From positions 9,533 to 73,532 of the forward strand of contig CAWAKL010000009.1 of assembly GCA_963782585.1 (NCBI GenBank): a stretch of 64,000 nucleotides of DNA, in the 5' to 3' direction. Origin of the DNA: an uncultured Acidobacteriota bacterium. GTDB taxonomy: Bacteria > Acidobacteriota > Thermoanaerobaculia > UBA5066 > Gp7-AA6. The notes below the pieces were generated by a model that saw only the letters and a list, made by a program, of their open reading frames with translations, made no database searches and was not told the origin of the DNA. Positions 48,064 to 56,175 of this stretch are shown here, piece after piece. The first letter of the stretch is position 1. Every line of letters begins with the position of its first letter. The translations under genes were made by a program, and so were the position numbers.

Positions 48064-49468
48064 GCGCCTGCGCCAGCCACGCGGCGTCGGCGATCAGGAC
48101 CAGATCGCAGAGCGCGTGGAACACGAAGAGGTGACGGCCGAGATCGTCGAGCGCATCCGCGAAGGCGCACACGCCGAACTCGAGGCCCGCGGTGAGGAGC
48201 GCGACGAGTAGGGCGAAGAGAAACATCCGGCCGCGTGGCGAAGCTTTTCGCCAGGCCAGGGCCACGGCCAGCAGGTTTCCGCCGAAGAAGGCGAGCAGCC
48301 AGCCGAGAGCGTGGGCTTCGCCCTTCGCCCGGAGATCGCTCCAGAGGGCGAAGCGCTTCGACCGCGTGCGCGGAGGGACGCCGGTCGCCTTCTCGAAGTT
48401 CCCGAGGTACTTCGGCCGCAGCCGGAACACCGCCGGCGCGGCCCGTCGGATCCGGTCGACGAAACGCCCGGGGTGCCGGAGGTAGAAGGCCACGAGCTTC
48501 GCGTAGCCGAAGCGGTCCAGGAAACGCGCCTGAAAGTCGGGGTCCCGCATCGGCGCGCCCGGCATGTACGCGTGCATGCCGACGTACCGGGCCAGGTCCG
48601 CGTCGATGCCGAGCTCGTTCATGTCGCGACGCGGATCGGGCGAGTACTGCAGAAGGTCGTGAAAGACCGTGTGGAAGAGGCCCACGTGCCGGATGCCGGC
48701 CGGAGGTATCTGCCGGTAGTACCAGAGCGCGAGCACGCAGAGACCGGCCGCGAGCCCGACCGCCGCCGCCGGCCGACGCCACGCGAACCCCGCCCGGCCG
48801 GAAAGGAAGACTCCGAGGCCCGCGAGGAGCGGCGCGTGGACGAATTCCTGCGGCTTCGAGCACACGAAGAGCGCGGCCGCCGCGAAGTACGCCACGAGAA
48901 GCCACCCGCGCAGCCGGCCTTCGCGCACTCCCGCCGCCGCGAACGCGAACGTGAGCAGGACGAAGAGAAGGGACGAGGTCTGGGCGAAGAAGGAGTTGAA
49001 CGGGGCGGCATAACCAACGTCCGTGAAGACGAGCACGAGCAGGGCGGCGCCGAGAACCTGCGCGACCGGAGACAGATCCCGGCAGGCCCTCACGAAGAGG
49101 CCGATCGCCAGAAGCAGGAGCAGGATGTGGATCGTCGCCAGGATCCGGATGTCGAACATCCGGCCCGGAAAGAGACCGAGACTTGCATGGCGCGCGGCGA
49201 ACGCCAGCGGCGTCTCCGACGTGAGGTAGCCGCTGACATACCAGCCCGGAGCGACGATCGAGAGCTTCGGGACGATGTGCCCGTAATACTTCTCGTCGAA
49301 CTTCTCGGTCGGATACCGAAACCCGGCGTATCCCATGACCCGTTCGCCATCGCCCTCGTCGGCGAGCCCGACGATCGGGGGCACGAGCAACTGCAGCGAC
49401 AGAAGCGCCGCCGCGGCGGCGACCGCCGCGAGCGTGAGGAAGCGGTTCTGCCGGTCTCGGTCGGTCAC
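48017..49468 (-). CDS. Polytopic membrane protein of unknown function (envelope-glycan cluster)
   Basis: 483 aa with a GTG start and at least 9 hydrophobic helices (ILATIHILLLLLAIGLFV, LLFVLLTFAFAAAGV, ...). No family recognised by eye. Confidence 0.7.
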   Translation of the reverse strand: MTDRDRQNRFLTLAAVAAAAALLSLQLLVPPIVGLADEGDGERVMGYAGFRYPTEKFDEKYYGHIVPKLSIVAPGWYVSGYLTSETPLAFAARHASLGLFPGRMFDIRILATIHILLLLLAIGLFVRACRDLSPVAQVLGAALLVLVFTDVGYAAPFNSFFAQTSSLLFVLLTFAFAAAGVREGRLRGWLLVAYFAAAALFVCSKPQEFVHAPLLAGLGVFLSGRAGFAWRRPAAAVGLAAGLCVLALWYYRQIPPAGIRHVGLFHTVFHDLLQYSPDPRRDMNELGIDADLARYVGMHAYMPGAPMRDPDFQARFLDRFGYAKLVAFYLRHPGRFVDRIRRAAPAVFRLRPKYLGNFEKATGVPPRTRSKRFALWSDLRAKGEAHALGWLLAFFGGNLLAVALAWRKASPRGRMFLFALLVALLTAGLEFGVCAFADALDDLGRHLFVFHALCDLVLIADAAWLAQALSERARTSRMRARAA

Positions 49469-49469
49469 G

Positions 49470-51536
49470 GTGTATTCTCCATCGGTGCCGGGGCCCGAGC
49501 GTCGAAGCGCCCGACGCGGGCTTCGTATCCTGCCGATCGCGGTTCTCGCCGCCGAAAACCTCGTCGTCTACTGGCGCCACTACTTCGGCGGCTACGGCTT
49601 CCCCTGGGATTTCGTCGGCTCCTACTATGCGGCGGCCGCCTACTGGACCGAAGCCGTCTCGCGGGGCGGGCTGCCCGCGTGGATGCCCTTCCAGTCGATG
49701 GGCTACCCCTTTCTCCTGAACCTCCAGACCGGGTTCTTCTACCCGCCGATGTGGATCTTCCCGCTCCTGCGTATCCCTTACACGCTGCCCGCGGCCGTCG
49801 TCTTCCAGTGCCTGCACGTCTTCGCCGGAGCCCTCGGCATGTACGCTCTCGCGCGGGGCGTCCTGCGCTCGCGGCGCGTGGCGCTTCTGGCAGCGTTCTG
49901 TTTCCAGCTCTTCGGCGGCTTCTACTCGAACGCCGAGCACGTCGACATCGTGCGGTCGTTCGCGTTCACTCCCTGGCTCCTCTGGGCGTGCCTCCCGCCC
50001 CGCGCCTCGAAGGGCCCGCGGCTTCCCGGCCGGATCCTGCTCGCGCCGATCCTGGTCTTCCTGATGGCGGTGGGAGGCTACCCCGGCAATCTCTTATCCG
50101 CGCTCTTTCTGGTGGGCGTCTTCGCCGTCTTCGTTCTGGTGCAGCGAGGCTTCGCGCGCGGCGCGCTCGCCTGGACCGGAGCGCTGGCCGGCTCGGCCGT
50201 TCTGGGGCTCGGGATGGCCGCGATCCATCTCGGCCCGGCCTGGACATATCGGGACGAGATCCTTCGCTACCACAACGCCTCGCGCATCTTCCGCGCCTCG
50301 CTCGGTGTCGTGCACCTGCCGGCCCTCGTCCTTGAAAACCACCGCATGCCGATCGAAAAGAGCATGACCTCGACCTTCGTGGGCTTCGCGGTCCTCGCGG
50401 GGGTCTGTTTTTTGACGTGGAAGAGCTGGAGGCGGCTCTGGCCCTACGCCGCGCTCGCCGCCGTGTCCGCCGCCATGGTCGCCGGCAGCAGGCTTCCGAT
50501 TTATCCGCTCATCGGAAGTCTCGTGCCGCCCCTCGGTTACTCGCGCTTTCCAGCGAGCGACTACCGCGGCTTTTTCGCCATGCTGCTGATCCTGCTCGCG
50601 GCGGCCGGCTGGCGAGACCTGCGCCGGCGGCGGCTTTCGACCGTCGGTTTCCTCGTGCGCTCGTTGCCGATCATGCTGTTTGCCGCCTGGAGCATCGGCC
50701 GTCTCTACCCGGGCTTCTCCTACTGGCCGGATCCCGCCAGGGTGGAGATCTGCGTCGTCGCGACGCTCGCCGGGCTGGCGGTGTGGCGGACGCGCGGGCC
50801 GATCGTCGGGGTTCTCGCGATGCTCGCCGCCGTGTCGCTCGACGCGTCGCGCGTCCTTCCCAAGATCGAGGGCTGGGCCGAGGCGGACCAGCTCGCGACG
50901 TGCCGCGTTTTCGCGCCCACGCCCGCTCGGATGTACGACGCGGGCCTCGTCGTCGATCCAAAGCTCTTCGAGACGCGCGAGGGGCCGCGGCCTCCGCGCA
51001 ACGACGGCGACGGACCCTATCGCGCGAGCGGGTATCTCCAGGGGGACTACGTCGTCGCCGACTTCGGAGCCGCGGCCGGGCTCCGAGCCCGAGACGCGTT
51101 GTATCGGGACAAGCGCTATCTCGCCTTCATGTGCCGCGGGTGGACGCCGATCGTGCTCGAGCCGCAGGAGATGGCCGGGGGCCAGGTGGACGTTCCGAGT
51201 CTGCCGTCGCAGGCCCTCTCGGCGGCGCCCGATCCCCGCGTCGTCCAGGAGTCCGCCGGAATCGACTGGGCCCGATATAGCGTGGACTCCGACCAGCCGC
51301 TCCTTCTCGTCGAGAACGAAGTTTTCTTTCCCGGCTGGACCTCCTCCCGGGCCGGGCCCGCCATCCGGGTCAACACGTACTTCCGCGGCTGGATGCTGCC
51401 GGCCGGGCGTTACGAGCTCGAGACGAGATTCCGCATGGCCGGCCTGCCACGCTTCGCGGCCGTGAGCGTTACGGCGTGGATCGTGTGGCTCGTGTGGCTC
51501 GCCGCAGCGATACGCCGCCGGCGTCGCGCAGGATGA
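49470..51536 (+). CDS. YfhO-like polytopic membrane glycosyltransferase-family protein (start uncertain, GTG 49470 or 49485)
   Basis: The protein-like part starts at ...RRGLRILPIAVLAAENLVVYWRHYFGGYGFPWDFVGSYYAAAAYWTEAVSRGGLPAWMPFQSMGYPFLLNLQTGFFYPP. It has many TM helices, a large C-terminal extracytoplasmic domain and a terminal TM. Confidence 0.7.
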   Translation: MYSPSVPGPERRSARRGLRILPIAVLAAENLVVYWRHYFGGYGFPWDFVGSYYAAAAYWTEAVSRGGLPAWMPFQSMGYPFLLNLQTGFFYPPMWIFPLLRIPYTLPAAVVFQCLHVFAGALGMYALARGVLRSRRVALLAAFCFQLFGGFYSNAEHVDIVRSFAFTPWLLWACLPPRASKGPRLPGRILLAPILVFLMAVGGYPGNLLSALFLVGVFAVFVLVQRGFARGALAWTGALAGSAVLGLGMAAIHLGPAWTYRDEILRYHNASRIFRASLGVVHLPALVLENHRMPIEKSMTSTFVGFAVLAGVCFLTWKSWRRLWPYAALAAVSAAMVAGSRLPIYPLIGSLVPPLGYSRFPASDYRGFFAMLLILLAAAGWRDLRRRRLSTVGFLVRSLPIMLFAAWSIGRLYPGFSYWPDPARVEICVVATLAGLAVWRTRGPIVGVLAMLAAVSLDASRVLPKIEGWAEADQLATCRVFAPTPARMYDAGLVVDPKLFETREGPRPPRNDGDGPYRASGYLQGDYVVADFGAAAGLRARDALYRDKRYLAFMCRGWTPIVLEPQEMAGGQVDVPSLPSQALSAAPDPRVVQESAGIDWARYSVDSDQPLLLVENEVFFPGWTSSRAGPAIRVNTYFRGWMLPAGRYELETRFRMAGLPRFAAVSVTAWIVWLVWLAAAIRRRRRAG

Positions 51537-53130
51537 TGGCGTCGGCGCCAAGTGCGCCGTCGCGCACGAACCCGGCCGGCCCCTCGATACGGACGATGAG
51601 TGCTGCGGTTTCTGCGTCGTCGCCGGCACGGCAGCGAATGCGCGCCGTCTGATCCGCGCCTGCCGGCCGCAACCAGACCCGCCGCCACTCGAGCGAGGTC
51701 ACGTCGCCCTCCTCGACGACGCACCGAGCGATGCCGCCGCCCCCGACCTCCAGCGGAAATCGCGCGACTGGAAGCGGCGGTTCGTCCTTCGCGACGACGA
51801 ACGCGGTCAGGCGCGACTCGGCGAACAGCAGCGCCGCCGCCACGGCCACCGTCACGAGCCCGAAGCGCAGGCGCGATGTTCGCGACGCGGCCGCGAGCCC
51901 CGAGAGACCCAGCGCGATCGCGAGAAGCTCGAGAGCCGTCGCGGGCAGCATCAGGCGGCCCAGGGGCGAGGCGATGGATTGCAGCGCGAACTTCAGGAGA
52001 ATGCACGCGGCGAGCACCAGGACAGCGGCGTCGCGGCGCCGAAGCGCCCGGAGCAGGCTCGCGAGAAAGAGGCCCTGAATCAGAGCGAGCTCCCAGCGGA
52101 GGCGCGGGAACCATCGCGTGTAGAACCCGGCCCCGCGAGGACGCAGCGCCTCGGGGAGCGCCTGGGCCGAGCCGATGCTCCAGAAAAGACTGTCGGCGTC
52201 GCTCTCCACGGCGAGCCGGCCGGAGACCGATGCCGCGCGCAGAAGGTGAAAGCCGGGCCGGCGCTTCCACTCTTCGATCGCAAGGCGCGTCGCGGCCGCG
52301 CGGGCGACGGTCCGGTTCTCGAGCAACTCCGGCTCGACGGCCGCGATGTGGGCCCGTGGATCGACCCAGCCGGCCTGCGGCGCGCCGGGAACGACGCTCC
52401 CCAGAAGCGCCAGGCCGCCGTGCTCGGTCGTGATCGCGAAGCGGCCGCTGGCGGTGTGGCGTTGCCACGCGAACGCCAGGAGCGGCAGAGCCGCGAAGAC
52501 GGCGAGCCGGGCGGCGCGTCGGTGCCGCGCGCCGTCCTGACGGAGAAGGCCGGCGGCGGCGAGGGCCGCCGGGATCAGAACGACGAGCAGCTCCTGGCGG
52601 AAGACCGCGGCCAGCGCGAGCAGGAGACCCGCCGCGAGGGGCCGGGCAGCGCTCGCCGGCGACCGCACGACGCGGACGGCCAGCGCTCCGAGTGCGACCG
52701 CCGGAAGAAGCGCCCAGTTTTCCTGGGCAACCACGCCGGAAAAGAAGACCTGTCCCGGCCAGAGGGCGAGAAGAAGCCCCGACACGAAGCGCCACCCGAA
52801 GCTCAGGAACGGACGCCAGAGGAAAAACGGCAGGAGCGGCATCAGCCCCGTGACGGCGGCGGTCGCATGGCGCGCGGCCGTCTCGGGATCGGGGAAAACG
52901 GCGAACACCAGCGAAAGCGCCATCCCAACCCCGGGGTTGAACTGGATCCAGTGCCAGCTCTCGGCCGTCCAGCCGCGATCCTGCATCAGAAGGCCGAAGT
53001 CGATGAGCGCCCGAAAGTCCGAGAATGCCAGCGTCGGAAACCGGAGCGCGAACGCAATTCGAACTCCGACCCCGATCACGAGGAGCGCGGCCCCGGCCAG
53101 GATCTCGCGCCGGGACGCCTCTCGTGTCAC
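51469..53130 (-). CDS. GT-C fold (GT39/ArnT/PMT_2-like) membrane glycosyltransferase
   Basis: 553 aa. MTREASRREILAGAALLVIGVGVRIAFALRFPTLAFSDFRALIDFG... with about 10 TM helices plus a C-terminal soluble domain. Confidence 0.7.
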   Translation of the reverse strand: MTREASRREILAGAALLVIGVGVRIAFALRFPTLAFSDFRALIDFGLLMQDRGWTAESWHWIQFNPGVGMALSLVFAVFPDPETAARHATAAVTGLMPLLPFFLWRPFLSFGWRFVSGLLLALWPGQVFFSGVVAQENWALLPAVALGALAVRVVRSPASAARPLAAGLLLALAAVFRQELLVVLIPAALAAAGLLRQDGARHRRAARLAVFAALPLLAFAWQRHTASGRFAITTEHGGLALLGSVVPGAPQAGWVDPRAHIAAVEPELLENRTVARAAATRLAIEEWKRRPGFHLLRAASVSGRLAVESDADSLFWSIGSAQALPEALRPRGAGFYTRWFPRLRWELALIQGLFLASLLRALRRRDAAVLVLAACILLKFALQSIASPLGRLMLPATALELLAIALGLSGLAAASRTSRLRFGLVTVAVAAALLFAESRLTAFVVAKDEPPLPVARFPLEVGGGGIARCVVEEGDVTSLEWRRVWLRPAGADQTARIRCRAGDDAETAALIVRIEGPAGFVRDGALGADAIILRDAGGVSLRRATRATRSTP

Positions 53131-53191
53131 GAGCGCATTGTGGGCGGGCGAGGTTTCGGCAGCAAGTCGGGCATTCGATACCCTAAGGGTA

Positions 53192-54487
53192 GTGAACCGC
53201 CGCTTCGCCTTCGTCGCGGCCGTCTCGACGGGAGCGGCGGCGCTCGCTTTCCTCTTCTTTCGCGCCGGCTACCCCGGCGTCATCTACGACTCGTTTCACT
53301 ACTGGACGCTGTCGCAAATTGTTTCAATGGAAGGCCTGTGGAATCTCTCTTCGCGAGTCCGGATGTATGGGTATCCCCTCTTCGTTTCCTTCACGACGGG
53401 GTTTTCGAGTCCCCCGCCCGAGCTTGCGCGCGCGCTCGTCGCGACGCTTCAGCTGGTGATCTATCTCGCGGCGGCGCTCTGCATCGCGCGGGTCGCGGAG
53501 CGCGTGTTTCGAACGCCGCGCGTCTTCGAGGGCACGTATGCCCTGCTCGCGCTGAACCCCATCGCGCTGATCCGGGCGACGGAGCTTCTGTCGGACTCGC
53601 TCTCGGCCGTGCTCGTCGGACTTTCCCTCTTCGTCTCGCTCGAGGAAGGCTCGACCAGACGCCGCGCCCTTCTGGCGTTTCTGGCAGCGGGGGCCTCCGT
53701 CGCCGTCCGTGCGGCCAACCTCGTGATCCTGCCTGCCCTTCTGCTCCTCTGGATTCTGCGCTCGCGGCTCTACCGGGAGCGCCTGGCGGGCAGCCTCGCC
53801 CTCGGAACCCTCGCGGCGGCGCTCACGCTCGCGCCCCAGATCCACGGGAACGTTAAGGCCTGGGACGAGTGGACTCCGCTTCTCGTCGACCGCCTCTACA
53901 GCGCGCAGACGAGCTGGGGGACGGGGATCCTCAAGTACGCAACGCTCGTCGTGCCGGGCAAGGAGCCGCAGGTCGTCTACAGAAACCCGCTCCGGCCCGA
54001 AGGCGTCTCAACGGTCGGGGAGTTCGTGCGCGAGCGCCCGCTCGCCTACGTCCGGACGCTCGGAGCGCACGCTTTCGCGCTCGTGGACCACGATTTCCCT
54101 TTCACGTACATCACCGCGCCGCCGCCGGCTTGGGGCTGGGCGCTGGCCCTTGCGAACTATGCGTTCCTTTTTCTTTCGATCCTCGGACTCGGGCTGCTCC
54201 TGGCGAAGGAACGGGATTCGCCTGCGGGCCTCTACGGGGCCGGCGCCGCGCTCTTCTCGGCGGCGCTCGTCGCGGTCTACCTTCCGGTGGCCGTCGAGAG
54301 CCGTTTCTCCATGCCGCTCTACGTGATTCTGCCGCCGGCCGCCGTCTACGCCCTCGCGTGGCTCTCGAAAAGGCGCTCCGGGACCATCGTCGCGATCGCC
54401 ATCCTCGGCGTGGCCTTCGTTGGCGCCTGTGTGCAGCTATCGCGATGGCTGTCCGGACTCGCTTCCGGAATAGAGTTCCCCCCATGA
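53192..54487 (+). CDS. GT-C-like polytopic membrane protein
   Basis: GTG at 53192. VNRRFAFVAAVSTGAAALAFLFFRAGYPGVIYDSFHYWTLSQIV...YGYPLFVSF... with multiple TM helices. Its stop overlaps the next start (ATGA). Confidence 0.65.
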   Translation: MNRRFAFVAAVSTGAAALAFLFFRAGYPGVIYDSFHYWTLSQIVSMEGLWNLSSRVRMYGYPLFVSFTTGFSSPPPELARALVATLQLVIYLAAALCIARVAERVFRTPRVFEGTYALLALNPIALIRATELLSDSLSAVLVGLSLFVSLEEGSTRRRALLAFLAAGASVAVRAANLVILPALLLLWILRSRLYRERLAGSLALGTLAAALTLAPQIHGNVKAWDEWTPLLVDRLYSAQTSWGTGILKYATLVVPGKEPQVVYRNPLRPEGVSTVGEFVRERPLAYVRTLGAHAFALVDHDFPFTYITAPPPAWGWALALANYAFLFLSILGLGLLLAKERDSPAGLYGAGAALFSAALVAVYLPVAVESRFSMPLYVILPPAAVYALAWLSKRRSGTIVAIAILGVAFVGACVQLSRWLSGLASGIEFPP

Positions 54488-56171
54488 AAAAGCTTCTCGC
54501 GCTCTCGCTCGGTCTCTGCCTCGGCGTCGCCCTGCTCGGGCTCGCCCCCTCGGAGGAGCCCTACGACCTGCTCTTTTCGGGAGGCCGCGTCGTGGACGGC
54601 AGCGGCGCGCCCTGGTTCGCCGCGGACGTGGGTGTGCGCGGGGGCAAGATCGTGGCGGTCGGGGCTCTCGCCGGACAGCCGGCGAAGCGCACGATCGACG
54701 CGACCGGCCTCCTCGTCGTGCCGGGCTTCATCGACCTGCTCGGCCAGTCCGAGTACAACGTTCTCGTCGACAAGCGCGCGGCCTCGAAGATCACGCAGGG
54801 CATCACGACCGAGGTCACGGGCGAGGGCGCTTCGATCGCGCCGCTCAACGACGCGATGCTGGCCGAGGCGAAGGACGTCTACGCGCGATACGGCTATGCG
54901 CCGGAGTTCCGGACGATTGGCGGTTTCTACGACACCCTCGAGAAGCGCGGCACGGCCGTCAACCTCGCCACCTTCGTGGGCGCCGGAACGATCCGCGACT
55001 ACGTCATCGGCAAGGCCGATCGCCGCGCGACGCCAGAAGAGCTCTCGAAGATGACCGCTCTCGTCGACCAGGCCATGCGCGAGGGGGCGCTCGGCATCTC
55101 GACGTCACTCCAGTACGTGCCCGACATGTACAACTCGACCGACGAGATCATCGCGATGGCGAAGGTCGCGGCGAAGTACGGCGGCGCCTACTTCACGCAT
55201 CAACGCTCCGAGGCCAACGCCATCGACGCTTCGCTCGACGAGGTCTTCCGGATCGCGAAGGAGACGCCGATCCGCAGCCAGATCTGGCACCTGAAGACGG
55301 CCTACAAGCCCAACTGGGGCAAGATGCCCGCGGTCCTCGCGAAGATCCAGGCCGCGCGGGACTCGGGCATCGACGTGACGGCCAACCAGTACCCCTGGAC
55401 CGCGGGCTCCAACGGGCTCGACGCCTGCCTGCCTCCGTGGATCCGCGAGGGCGGACGGGAGGCGCTGCTCAAGCGCCTCGCCGACCCGAAGCTGCGCGAG
55501 CGGGCCAAGAAGGAGATGAACGAGGAAACGAGTCAGTGGTCGAACCAGTATCTCGGCGCCGGCGGCCCCGACCGGGTCCTCATCGCCTCGGTTCTGAACC
55601 CGAAGCTCAAGTCCTACGAGGGCAAGACCGTTTCACAGATGGCGGCCGAGGAGAAGAAAGACCCGCGCGACGCGCTGATCGATCTCGTCATCGCCGACCG
55701 GGCGAACGTCGCCTGCATCATCTTCATGATGGACGAGGCGGACGTGAAGGCCGGGCTCGCGAGCCCGCTCGTCGCCTTCTGCACCGACTCGCCCGCCGGG
55801 GCGACCGACGGGATCTTCTCGGAAGAGAAATCGCACCCGCGCGGCTGGGCATCCTCCGCGCGCATCCTCGGCAAGTACGTGCGCGACGAGAAGGTCCTCC
55901 GCCTCGAAGAGGCCATCCGCAAGATGACCTCCTTCCCGGCGGAGTCGGCCGGCATCCAGGGACGCGGCCTCTCAAGGTGGGATTCGCCGCGGACGTCGTG
56001 ACGGTCGACATGGCGAAGGTCAAGGACCTCGCGACCTACGAGGAGCCGCGCGTGTACAGCGCGGGGTTCCCCTACGTCGCTGTCAATGGGGTCCTCGTCG
56101 TAGACGGCGGAAGGATCACGGGCGCCGCGCCCGGAAAGGGGCTGCGCGGACCGGGGTATCGAGCTCCGTGA
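54484..56171 (+). CDS. D-aminoacylase family amidohydrolase (second copy); apparent 1-nt deletion near 55965-55975
   Basis: MKKLLALSLGLCLGVALLG...LLFSGGRVVDGSGAPWFAADVGVRGGKIVAVG...PGFIDLLGQSE... runs to ...FPAESAGIQGRGL in the 53869..56001 frame. LKVGFAADVVTVDMAKVKDLATYEEP...VAVNGVLVVDGGRITG then continues in the 55437..56171 frame. Confidence 0.8.
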
Positions 56172-56175
56172 GTCC

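Noticed and set aside
550-56171. Programmed ribosomal frameshifting as the explanation for the split genes
   Set aside because: I saw no shared slippery heptamer or downstream pseudoknot pattern. The sites fall in unrelated gene families, in both directions, and sometimes several per gene. Indel errors or decay are far more parsimonious.
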